Counted from the first letter of the stretch, positions 28,301 through 38,721 are shown. The stretch is 64,000 bases of DNA from Antedon mediterranea (GCF_964355755.1 NC_092677.1:19552101-19616100), one strand, 5' to 3'. A program made the numbers and translations. The notes: a model not told the origin generated them from the letters alone.

Positions 28301-29440
28301 AAATAAAAAGCACGACAGATATGATAAAAAATGCATAGCTAGCCTAGGCCTAGACTGACATGACGCGCGCCATCCATATAAAAAAATCCAAAAGTTGGTT
28401 TAATTGCATCCAAAAGTTGGTTTAAAGCCCCATTCCCTACGTTTTTTAGATCTAATTTAAGATCACAAACTATATTTAATGTAAAAATAATACTATATGG
28501 TCCTATTGCGATAACTTTTTTCGTCTTTAAACGGTTAAAAATGTGAAAAATAAATCGATTTTAATAATTATAGCGGCCCGCTATAAATCCCAAAATGCAT
28601 TGCGCGCGGATTGATATTTTTGTTTTTCACCTGTAATTCGCCCACTTTTCGATCGATCGTGAAGCCAAAACAAATGGAAGACTCCTAACTTTTCAGCGAA
28701 AATACCGGGTGTTCCCCAATTTGTATCAACGGAGTCTGGCAAAAATAGAAAGACAATTAATGCAGCAACTATACAACGTCAGGCTAGGTATATAGCTAGC
28801 GTACGATGTTCGTACGTTACCGATGTTTACCAGCTAGGCCTACAAAACTAAGCCTAGCTAGGCTAGGCCTGAGACCGTCCACGAGAGTTCGATCGCCGCG
28901 AGCTACTTAGGTAGTGCATTGTTTCTCACTTTTTATCATAATTTACCATAAAACGTACATTTAAGACAAGGAATGACATGGTTTAATGTTTTTAAAGTGA
29001 TATATATGTATTATTTTCCCAAAAACGTCCAAAATTGCAGGGAAAGGGTCTTTAACTGCGACCAAAATAAAACGTGCCCAATCGTCTTGTTTGTTGGGCC
29101 CGATCGTCTGGGCCCGATGGTCTCTTGTCCTAATCGTCTTAAAACCTTGTTGGGCCCGATCGTCTCACGCTTTAGGCCCGATAGTCTTACAACGGGCCCG
29201 ATCGTCTCTGTACCCCGACTAGGCTAGGCCGGCTACTGGTAGTGCACATAGTCTGAGTAGCAGCCTACCTACTAGGCCTAGGCTAGGGCAAATTGTTAAA
29301 AAAGCTGTAATTAAATCAAACATCTTAGATCCGGATTTGTTTAAAAAAAAGTTTCTTTCATAATTAACTCATACTTACCGCATTGATGCTGCAGATTTCA
29401 GAAATTCTAACATTCGCTGGTATGACAAGGAGGTTGCCAT
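10399..29440 (-). CDS. ECI2: Enoyl-CoA delta isomerase 2 (ACBP domain + crotonase fold), 398 aa, probable mitochondrial leader and PTS1
   Basis: Minus-strand exons 29440-29379, 17868-17712, 17200-17102, 16828-16637, 15264-15192, 14697-14595, 11841-11721, 11558-11469, 11293-11150, 10554-10399 (1197 nt, phases consistent). Motifs: ACBP ([14 protein letters not shown]...GKAKWQAW), crotonase ([51 protein letters not shown]), C-terminal AKL*. Exon 1 ([29 protein letters not shown] context, CG|gtaagt donor) is across an 11.5 kb intron and is the least certain exon. Confidence 0.93.
10692..11054. mobile_element. PIF/Harbinger-like MITE in the last ECI2 intron
   Basis: aat|agggaggtttcgcaaccttacaaatacg ... 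cgtattcgtaagattgcgaaacctccct|aat; ~28-bp TIR, 3-bp TSD. Confidence 0.7.
12289..13089. mobile_element. Ginger-like MITE (TGT..ACA ends, 4-bp TSD) with palindromic subterminal repeats
   Basis: acta|tgttatgcgcgatttgaacgatttgcgcaatttgaaattgcgc ... gcgcaatttcaaattgcgcaaatcgttcaaatcgcgcataaca|acta; many ttgcgcaatttnaaattgcgcaa palindromes near both ends. Confidence 0.7.
13383..14431. mobile_element. hAT-like MITE (CAG..CTG ends) with 5-bp (or 7-bp) TSD and a poly-C tract
   Basis: ccact|cagggccgtagccagg ... cctggctacgggcctg|ccact. Confidence 0.65.
18738..20010 (+). pseudogene. C-terminal part of a Sola2-type DDD transposase, interrupted by a SINE
   Basis: [17 protein letters not shown]...[22 protein letters not shown] in ORF 18738-19151; the reading frame continues in ORF 19450-20010 ([12 protein letters not shown]...[12 protein letters not shown]) once ~352 nt of SINE is removed. 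N-terminal half is absent. Confidence 0.8.
19098..19446 (-). mobile_element. tRNA-derived SINE with Nin/Deu-like core (copy 1)
   Basis: Minus strand: A box TGGCCGAGCGG, B box GGTTCGAGGCC, core tctcggataaggactataaaccgtaggtcc...ttaaagaaccca...gagtagggggttaccccggtg, A-rich tail. Confidence 0.75.
21405..21659. repeat. Clusters of gggcccgatcgtct subterminal-type repeats (transposon end fragments)
   Basis: About 8 variants of (ggg)cccgatcgtct at ~20-40 bp spacing; the same motif cluster recurs in the same orientation at ~29075-29217. Confidence 0.55.
22268..23324. mobile_element. MULE-like MITE, 9-bp TSD
   Basis: ataattata|cgccgtggctaaagatacggtaccgtatcctaacttccgttt ... aaacggaagttaggatacagtaccgtatctttagccacggcg|ataattata; imperfect TIRs extend ~140 bp. 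Confidence 0.85.
23355..25462. mobile_element. Non-autonomous Sola2-like element with long TIRs, an internal ~188-bp tandem repeat and a nested SINE
   Basis: aata|gggtcattccatgccaactc ... gagttggcatggaatgatcc|aata; 4-bp TSD; TIRs ~500 bp excluding the SINE; ~2.3 copies of a 187-188 bp unit at ~24208-24630. Confidence 0.8.
23741..24092 (-). mobile_element. tRNA-derived SINE with Nin/Deu-like core (copy 2)
   Basis: Same A box (TGGCCGAGCGGTTAAG), B box (GGTTCGAGGCT) and core as 19098-19446, but a different 3' tail ending (caaa)n. It interrupts one TIR of the host element and is absent from the other. Confidence 0.75.
25539..26000 (-). mobile_element. Helentron-type HINE carrying a (GAG)n microsatellite
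   Basis: aacaag + stem-loop gcacgaatgtgc + subTIR tactcggggtac ... (gag)n ~25836-25962 ... hairpin actcgggtaccccgagt + aaaaa. Confidence 0.75.
26060..26440 (+). repeat. Dispersed repeat; uninterrupted homolog of the sequence hosting the Ginger-like MITE (~12150-13300)
   Basis: Shared blocks ttaatattagtaaaaa..gcacatatggcgtttcata, gactagtttcag, ggtaaacatttgatgggattt occur in the same order at both places. Confidence 0.65.
26626..27827. mobile_element. hAT-like MITE with 5-bp (or 7-bp) TSD
   Basis: tcata|cagtggcggatctag ... ctggaaccgcccctg|tcata. Confidence 0.65.
28426..29051. mobile_element. Kolobok-like MITE (TTAA TSD)
   Basis: ttaa|agccccattccctac ... gcagggaaagggtct|ttaa; 12/15 TIR match. 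Confidence 0.55.
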
Positions 29441-29451
29441 GTTTTGTAATA

Positions 29452-30223
29452 CGCCGTGGTTAGGATTCCGGCACCGGAACTCAACTGCCCACCGTTAGGG
29501 AATCCGACACGCTATTGCGCATGCCCAGAGCTCTGGGAAGTGAATTATAGCTTGCACTCTAATAATTAGTGCCACACCACGGAGAGTCGGAGTGTTATAG
29601 GGATTTACTGTAGCCTAGATAGTCGTTGCGCGAGCGAGAGAGCGATGGATGAAACTTGGCCTATGCCATACATGAATTAATAATTAAAATATGACTTTGC
29701 CACGCGTTAAAATAATTATGATATTAATAAGTATCAGTATCTATCCAGGGAGTTGATCTATCTAAGAATCGTAATGCTGTTTTTAGCGTTGCGACCCTGA
29801 CTTCCCGAACAGTTTTTTGACATCCACGCGGTGGCTGCCGTCAACAAATCAACTTGTGATTGCATGTTGTATATGTACAGTATAATGCGTTATGAAAAAT
29901 CATAAAACTAGTCATGTATTTATATAATTCATAATGATATGAATTTTATATATGAATGAAGCAACCACTTTTTAATTACAAAATAAATAGGCTACTATAG
30001 GCCCACTGGTCACGTAGTCTAACTGGTAGCCCTAGCCTAGATTAGTGGATCCCATATTAGAAGGCATCTAGGCTAGTTCGCCGTGTGGCGCAGCTATGAA
30101 ATAATCCATCGCTGTTGATAAGTATAGAGTCGCCGATTACCTCGCTCTGGGCATGCGCAATAGCGTGTCGGAATCCCTAACGCTGGGCAGTTGAGTTCCG
30201 GTGCCGGAATCCTAACCACGGCG
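29452..30223. mobile_element. MULE-like MITE inserted immediately upstream of the ECI2 start codon
   Basis: tttgtaata|cgccgtggttaggattccggcaccggaactcaactgccca ... tgggcagttgagttccggtgccggaatcctaaccacggcg|tttgtaata; ~80-bp near-perfect TIR, 9-bp TSD. Confidence 0.9.
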
Positions 30224-30733
30224 TTTGTAATATTAACAAGCCTAGGCCTAGCCTATTTTATACACGGATCGACACAGGTAGTAATAGTGTACACTATCTT
30301 CCATCCTATATGGAGGGGGAGGTACATTGTTTTCATGAGAGCAGCATTCTCTACTTCTCTCTACGGAGCGCCATTTATGCATTTATTAACTTATAATAAG
30401 AAATATAGTAAATACGGTAACTGTAAATTTGGCACCGGTGGAGCACATAGTGATATAAAATAGAAATTACTGTAGTAACTAATTTTAATATATTATTTCG
30501 TATGTAATACATTGTGCTCAAATGGACACAATTTGACACCAGTGTTATAAAATGAATAAAGTCAATGAATTTTAATTATTGTCGTATGTTCATACACTGT
30601 GCTCAAAGTGGACCCAATTTGGCACCAGTGGAGCACAGTGATATAAGTCACATCAAACAAAAATACTTCTGGAATTCAAAAATATTTTCATTTTGGTGGT
30701 ATATGTTCAATATTGGTTACTCCATCTGTAATG

Positions 30734-31134
30734 AAAACTCAGATATATCCAGTGTATGTAATAGCCGAAGGCTTATCGCAGTTCAAATGTGATTCTCCAT
30801 GGAGAGGGAACCAACAAGATGGCGGCTGCAATCAATCAATCAGATATGCCCTACGCAGTACGCGCGCACTACGCCTGTGTTGAGCCTATCATCGTGAGAA
30901 CATTACGCAACGCGTTAAGCGTATAAACGCGAATGCATTCTATTTGCTCCTCGTATACCGTATACAAAAAATGCTAGATTAACAAGAAATTTTTCATTCT
31001 ATTGCGATTAACAATAATTATATTCAATTTACGGCTGCCATCTTGTTGGTTCCCCTCCTGTTAGGAATCAATTTTCAGTCTGGAGTGCGCCCTCTAGCCT
31101 TCGGCTTTACCTCACTGGATATATCTAAGTTTTC
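30734..31134. repeat. Imperfect inverted-repeat element (MITE-like)
   Basis: gaaaactcagatatatccagtg / cactggatatatctaagttttc, agccgaaggct / agccttcggct, and gggaaccaacaagatggc / gccatcttgttggttccc are nested in mirror order. Confidence 0.6.
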
Positions 31135-31176
31135 TAAAAATCTAGAAAACTCAGATATCTGATTTTTAATTTTCTA

Positions 31177-31840
31177 GATCTAAACAAAATATATTTCTTA
31201 CAAAAAACGCTGCTCGCTTATTGAAAAATATTTTTTATTTCAAATGTTTTTGAATGTGTCATTTTAATGTCACATAATAGTTATTTTACCTGAAAAAAAT
31301 GTAATTTAAAGCAACAAATACTTAAATTGTCTGTCAGACAATGGTTTTTGGGGTTCTTTTCTTTTTTCTTTTTCTTTTTATATGTGAATAAATATTATTT
31401 TTTTGTGACAGAAGTGAATACTCAATTTCTGTCACTTTAGTTAATTTTATTGCTAAGGTCAAGTCTGGGGGTCACTTCATCACCCTAGATATTTCAAGTG
31501 TGAAGTATCCTATTACAAACACAAACTTTAATGGACTGTTTCGATAATAATTCAATGAATATCTGACAGTGAATATACCAGAAATGCTTTGGGATTTGTA
31601 ATTTTAGCATGACATGCCCTAATAGACTCTTTTCCCAGACGTTTTTTGGGTCTACTGTAGCAGATGGAATCTATAAATTATAGTGGAGTTTCCATTTTCG
31701 CAAAACTGTCATCCTTAGAACTATAACTGCTGCTTGCTGATTGAGTAGTCCTAATGGGACGTAGCGGGCTAGAGTAGCGGGCTAGAGTAGCGGGCTAGAG
31801 TAGCGGGCTAGAGTAGCGGGCTAGAGCAGCAGCGTGAAAA
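31177..31840. repeat. Dispersed repeat, inverted relative to a copy at ~60415-61325; includes a 13-bp x5 minisatellite
   Basis: Blocks such as gctaaggtcaagtctgggggtcacttcatc and ttcttacaaaaaacgctg are reverse-complemented at 60800-61325; (gtagcgggctaga)5 at 31761-31826. Confidence 0.75.
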
Positions 31841-31917
31841 CTCAGATTGAGTTTTCTAGTTCCAGAATGTAACTAGCTAGAAAACTCAGATAAACAAGAA
31901 TGATTGGTTGGTCATTT

Positions 31918-32182
31918 GGATCATTTCATTATTAATCAGAAGGTAGGTCAGTTGAAATACTAGAGTATTAATTAAAACTGATTACTGTATGTTTTCTTTC
32001 TAACATGCAAATCATAAAGAAATTACAGTGCACGTTACCGTTAAAATGTAGGCTTAAAAATTATGTATCGAGTTGGTGCTACTACAATTTACAATAATTA
32101 TTATTATTAATATTAGTAAGAACGTATAATATACTGTAGTATTTCAAACAAGGCTACCCTCTGATTAATAATGAAACGATCC
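31918..32182. mobile_element. Small Sola2-like MITE
   Basis: attt|ggatcatttcattattaatcagaaggtag ... ctaccctctgattaataatgaaacgatcc|attt; 4-bp TSD; terminus similar to GGGTCATTCCAT of the larger Sola2 elements. Confidence 0.6.
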
Positions 32183-32572
32183 ATTTGATAATCAGGTTTT
32201 TCTAGTTCCATTCTGATCACCAAACGTGGCAGGTATATAAAATATACCAAATTGGCTAGTTGAGAATTCTCAACTATTACCGCAGTACGCCTGTAACGAC
32301 GAAGCCTACCGGTATAATGGGATAGGCTGATTTCCTTGTTAACTTAAGGGGTCATTTAATTACTGAATTATGATTGGTAGTAAAGGAAATTTACTGGAAT
32401 CCTATTGGATGGTAAGGTGGTAGTAGGACCATGTCCATCCCATTGCAGTAATAAAGTTGAGCCACCTGCGACCATTACAATGTCCTACCATGCTAATGTA
32501 GGAGTGGGGAAATGTTATGCTTACTACTGTTTCTTTTAATAATTTAGTACAATTAATAAGAATAAAGAATAC

Positions 32573-35500
32573 ACTTAACAATATACAACAAATAACATTA
32601 ATGTACGATGTAGTTTAACACTGTTCTCAACTATAGTCATTTTGGTATACTTGAGCACATTGATAAAGAATAGGATAAACTTAACAATATACAACAAATA
32701 ACATTAATGTACGATCCCGTTTAACACTGTTCTCAACTATAGTCATTTTGGTATACTTGAGCACAGTGATAAAGAATAGGATAAACTTAACAATATACAA
32801 CAACAATGTACGATCCCGTTTAACACTGTTCTCAACTATAGTCATTTTGGTATACTTGAGCACAGTGATAGAATAGGTTAACACTGTTCTCAACTATAGT
32901 CATTTTGGTATACTTGAGCACAGTGATAAAGAATAGGATAAACTTAGCAATAATACAACAAAAAACATTAATGTACGATCCAGTTTAACACTGTTCTCAA
33001 CTATAGTCATTTTGGTATACTTGAGAACAGTGATAAAGAATAGGATAAACTTAACAATATACAACAAAAAACATTAATGTACGATCCCGTTTAACACTGT
33101 TCTCAACTATAGTCATTTTGGTATACTTGAGCACAGTGATAAAGAATAGGATAAAATTAATAATATACAACAAATAACATTAATGTACGATCCACTTTAC
33201 CACTGTTCTCAACTATAGTCATTTTGGTATACTTGAGCACAGTGATAAAGAATAGGATAAACTTAAAAATATACAACAAAAAACATTAATGTACGATCCA
33301 GTTTAACACTGTTCTCAACTATAGTCATTTTGGTATACTTGAGAACAGTGATAAAGAATAGGATAAACTTAACAATATACAACAAAAAACATTAATGTAC
33401 GATCCCGTTTAACACTGTTCTCAACTATAGTCATTTTGGTATACTTGAGCACAGTGATAAAGAATAGGATAAACTTAATAATATACAACAAATAACATTA
33501 ATGTACGATCCAGTTTACCACTGTTCTCAACTATAGTCATTTTGGTATACTTGAGCACAGTGATAAAGAATAGGATAAACTTAAAAATATACAACAAAAA
33601 ACATTAATGTACGATCCAGTTTAACACTGTTCTCAACTATAGTCATTTTGGTATACTTGAGCACAGTGATAAAGAATAGGATAAACTTAAAAATATACAA
33701 CAAAAAACATTAATGTACGATCCAGTTTAACACTGTTCTCAACTATAGTTATTTTGGTATACTTGAGAACAGTGATAAAGAATAGGATAAACTTAACAAT
33801 ATACAACAAAAAACATTAATGTACGATCCAGTTTAATTCTGTTCTCAACTATAGTCATTTTGGTATACTTGAGAACAGTGATAAAGAATAGGATAAACTT
33901 AACAATATACAACAAAAAACATTAATGTACGATCCAGTTTAACACTGTTCTCAACTATAGTTATTTTGGTTTACTTGAGAACAGTGATAGAATAGGATAA
34001 ACTTAACAATATACAACAAAAGACATTAATGTACGATCCAGTTTAACACTGTTCTCAACTATAGTCATTTTGGTATACTTGAGAACAGTTATAAAGAATA
34101 GGATAAACTTAACAATATACAACAAAAAACATTAATGTACGATCCCGTTTAACACTGTTCTCAACTATAGTCATTTTGGTATACTTGAGCACAGTGATAA
34201 AGAATAGGATAAACTTAGCAATATACAACAAAAAACATTAATGTACGATCCAGTTTAACACTGTTCTCAACTATAGTCATTTTGGTATACTTGAGAACAG
34301 TGATAAAGAATAGGATAAACTTAACAATATACAACAAAAAACATTAATGTACGATCCCGTTTAACACTGTTCTCAACTATAGTCATTTTGGTATACTTGA
34401 GCACAGTGATAAAGAATAGGAAAAACTTAATAATATACAACAAATAACATTAATGTACGATCCAGTTTACCACTGTTCTCAACTATAGTCATTTTGGTAT
34501 ACTTGAGCACAGTGATAAAGAATAGGATAAACTTAAAAATATACAACAAAAAACATTAATGTACGATCCAGTTTAACACTGTTCTCAACTATAGTCATTT
34601 TGGTATACTTGAGCACAGTGATAAAGAATAGGATAAACTTAAAAATATACAACAAAAAACATTAATGTACGATCCAGTTTAACACTGTTCTCAACTATAG
34701 TTATTTTGGTATACTTGAGAACAGTGATAAAGAATAGGATAAACTTAACAATATACAACAAAAAACATTAATGTACGATCCAGTTTAATTCTGTTCTCAA
34801 CTATAGTCATTTTGGTATACTTGAGAACAGTGATAAAGAATAGGATAAACTTAACAATATACAACAAAAAACATTAATGTACGATCCAGTTTAACACTGT
34901 TCTCAACTATAGTTATTTTGGTTTACTTGAGAACAGTGATAGAATAGGATAAACTTAACAATATACAACAAAAGACATTAATGTACGATCCAGTTTAACA
35001 CTGTTCTCAACTATAGTCATTTTGGTATACTTGAGAACAGTTATAAAGAATAGGATAAACTTAACAATATACAACAAAAAACATTAATGTACGATCCCGT
35101 TTAACACTGTTCTCAACTATAGTCATTTTGGTATACTTGAGCACAGTGATAAAGAATAGGATAAACTTAGCAATATACAACAAAAAACATTAATGTACGA
35201 TCCAGTTTAACACTGTTCTCAACTATAGTCATTTTGGTATACTTGAGAACAGTGATAAAGAATAGGATAAACTTAACAATATACAACAAAAAACATTAAT
35301 GTACGATCCCGTTTAACACTGTTCTCAACTATAGTCATTTTGGTATACTTGAGCACAGTGATAAAGAATAGGAAAAACTTAATAATATACAACAAATAAC
35401 ATTAATGTACGATCCAGTTTACCACTGTTCTCAACTATAGTCATTTTGGTATACTTGAGCACAGTGATAAAGAATAGGATAAACTTAAAAATATACAACA

Positions 35501-36509
35501 AAAAACATTAATGTACGATCCAGTTTAACACTGTTCTCAACTATAGTCATTTTGGTATACTTGAGCACAGTGATAAAGAATAGGATAAACTTAAAAATAT
35601 ACAACAAAAAACATTAATGTACGATCCAGTTTAACACTGTTCTCAACTATAGTTATTTTGGTATACTTGAGAACAGTGATAAAGAATAGGATAAACTTAA
35701 CAATATACAACAAAAAACATTAATGTACGATCCAGTTTAACTCTGTTCTCAACTATAGTCATTTTGGTATACTTGAGAACAGTGATAAAGAATAGGATAA
35801 ACTTAACAATATACAACAAAAAACATTAATGTACGATCCAGTTTAACACTGTTCTCAACTATAGTTATTTTGGTATACTTGAGAACAGTGATAAAGAATA
35901 GGATAAACTTAACAATATACAACAAAAAACATTAATGTACGATCCAGTTTAACTCTGTTCTCAACTATAGTCATTTTGGTATACTTGAGAACAGTGATAA
36001 AGAATAGGATAAACTTAACAATATACAACAAAAAACGTACATTAATGTACGATCCCGTTTAACACTGTTCTCGACTATAGTCATTTTGGTATACATGAGC
36101 ACAGTGATAAAGAATAGGATAAACTTAACAATATACAACAAAAAACATTAATGTACGATCCCGTTTAACACTGTTCTCAACTATAGTCATTTTGGTATAC
36201 TTGAGCACAGTGATAAAGAATAGGATAAACTTAATAATATACAACAAATAACATTAATGTACGATCCAATTTACCACTGTTCTCAACTATAGTCATTTTG
36301 GTATACTTGAGCACAGTGATAAAGAATAGGATAAACTTAACAATATACAACAAAAAACATTAATGTACGATCCCGTTTACCACTGTTCTCAACTATAGTC
36401 ATTTTGGTATACTTGAGCACAATATACAACAAATAACATTAATGTACACCATTCTGTTCAACACTGTTCTCAACTATAGTCATGTTCATATACTTGAGCA
36501 CAGTGATAA
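32573..36509 (+). repeat. 106-bp tandem array, ~37 units (left arm)
   Basis: Consensus aacttaacaatatacaacaaaaaacattaatgtacgatccagtttaacactgttctcaactatagtcattttggtatacttgag(a/c)acagtgataaagaataggata; period checked at 33041 vs 33147. Confidence 0.97.
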
Positions 36510-36711
36510 TATGAAAAACATAATAACACTATAATATTTGTAGATGAATGACGCGGACACGTACATATGTTCATAAGTAATTGATATAAATTGACTTTTA
36601 AAAGTGGAATTAACACAAATGATTGTAGATAAATATGACGTGAATTGCACGTACATAATGTTGATGAGTAGTATATTTATATAAATCGAAAAGTGAAATA
36701 ACACTAATATT

Positions 36712-37703
36712 TGACTCTCTGTCACATTTACATATCACACGTTAGACCATTAATGGAATATGCAGCTCCTGTTTGGTGTAATATCCCAGATAAATTAAGT
36801 GATGAACTAGAAAATATCCAGATTTCTGCAGGTAGAATATGTACTGGTGCGTGGAAACATACAAGTCATAATGCATTAAGACAAGAATTAGGCTGGTTAT
36901 CATTGGAAAAACGTAGACAATTTCTTAACCTAATACTGTTTTTTAAAATTATTCATAAGTTAACACCAGTGTATCTTTACTCCTTATTTAATTTTTCTGA
37001 CAATATTGAAGTTTATAACTTGCGTAACATCCGAAATAGAATAATTCCATTTTGTAAGACCACATCATATCGTTTATCTTTTGTCCCATCTATTATAACA
37101 CATTGGAATGAGTTAAATAATTAAATAAAAAATTCCTCATTTCTTTTTGAGTTTAAAAAATTGCTACTGAAATCCAATTTGTTTGAAACAAAAAAACGTT
37201 CTTATTATGATACAGGTGATAAGAAGATTAACCAAATTCACACTAGAATCCGACTTGGTTTCAGCTGTCTCAATTCGCATTTATTCTTTCTTACATGGAC
37301 TTCGGGACAATCCAAATTGTACTTGTGGCTTTAATGTTGAGAATCCGCTTCATTTCTTATGTTACTGCCCTAATTATAATACACAAAGAGATATTCTACT
37401 TGTAAGCGCTAACTCAATTATTGAGGATATCTTAGCCAAGGATTTTTCTTTAACATTTAATTTTACATTTTTAAGTGAAATTTTTATTTTTGGTTCCGAT
37501 CTTTCTTCGAATTGTGAAAATGCTTTATTATTTTATTATGTACAACAATTTCTTGTTAATTCTGAAAGATTTAATTGATGTTTCTGTTAGTTGTTTTAAA
37601 ATGTTGTATTTGTTAATCTGAGGCGCCTTGAAGCTAAGATGGTTCCATCTTGTAAGGCGCCTCTGTGTAATATACTGAATAAAAAAAAAAAAAAAAAAAA
37701 AAG
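36712..37703 (+). mobile_element. 5'-truncated LINE (3' end of RT ORF2, CR1/L2-group-like), disrupted
   Basis: YISHVRPLMEYAAPVW...LENIQ..AGRICTGA...ELGWLSLEKRR...FFKI; stop/frameshift, then CTCG..ENPLHFLCYC; ends in aataaa-poly(A). Confidence 0.85.
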
Positions 37704-38077
37704 AAAAGTTGTACACTATTGATCATATATGAATATGACGTGAATTGCACGTACATATGTTGATGAGTAGGCCTATATTGATATAATTGACTTCGAAAAG
37801 TGAAATAACACTGATTTGTAAATGAATATGACGTGGACAAGTACATTTATTGATGAGTATATTGATAAATCGACTTTTAAAAGTGAAATAACACTAATAT
37901 TTATAGATGAATATGACGTGGACACGTACATAATGTTGATGAGTATATTGATATAAATCGACTTTTAAAAGAGGAATTAACACTATTGATTGTTGACGTG
38001 AATGAGTATGTTGATGAGTGTATTGATATAAATCGACTAAACGTTAAATAACACTATCTTGTACAAGTACCCTCACT

Positions 38078-38115
38078 TGCACTGATGAAGGGCTAGTGTT
38101 GCCCGAAAACTCTGC
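38078..38115 (+). ncRNA. Candidate minimal type I hammerhead ribozyme (Penelope-like LTR fragment, ~38063-38234)
   Basis: gca-CTGATGA-a-gggc(tagtgtt)gccc-GAAA-ac-TC-tgc: conserved core boxes, 4-bp stem II, 3-bp stem I, vestigial stem III. Confidence 0.5.
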
Positions 38116-38721
38116 TAACTTTTCTGGCTGTTTTACTTTATCGTTTTGATTTAGCTTTTCGCTTCTTTTTTTGTATCTCCATGGAGACCACAGCATTATT
38201 ATTATTTCAGTATTTTGCCTTTGGATTTACTAATATTAAAAGTGAAATAACACTAATGACTGTAGATGATATGACATTTATGTTGATGTATATAGTTTTG
38301 TATATATAATATGCACACGTACATACGTTGATAGGTATTGATATAAATAGATTTTTAAAAGTACGGTAATAGACACTTTATTTGTAGATGAATACGACAT
38401 GGACAAGTTGCAATAAATTCTATCGTTATATCGTATGTTGATGAGTATTGATATAAATCGACTTTTTTAAAGTAGAATAACACTAAAATGTATAGATGGA
38501 TATGGCCTCAACAAGTATTGTATTAAGCGGTACTGTATATTGATAGACTTCATACCTGTAATGTCAATGAAATCTGGCAACAAGAATTGTGTTTGATCCT
38601 CCTAATAGTATTCTAATAATCTTGGTTTGTAAAGGAGGCATGAAAAATCTAAACGCATAGCCAGGGGAGGGGTTGGAGTTTCGAACAAACTTCTCTGTGC
38701 CCGTCCTACGGTTTTTGTGAA

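Larger units (their letters stand above)
36520..38510 (+). repeat. Older degenerate ~85-bp tandem repeat in the foldback spacer, interrupted by retroelements
   Basis: Recurring aaataacactaatatttgtagatgaatatgacgtggacacgtacata.tgttgatgagtatattgatataaatcgacttttaaaagtg on both sides of the LINE and of the 38063-38234 insert. Confidence 0.75.
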
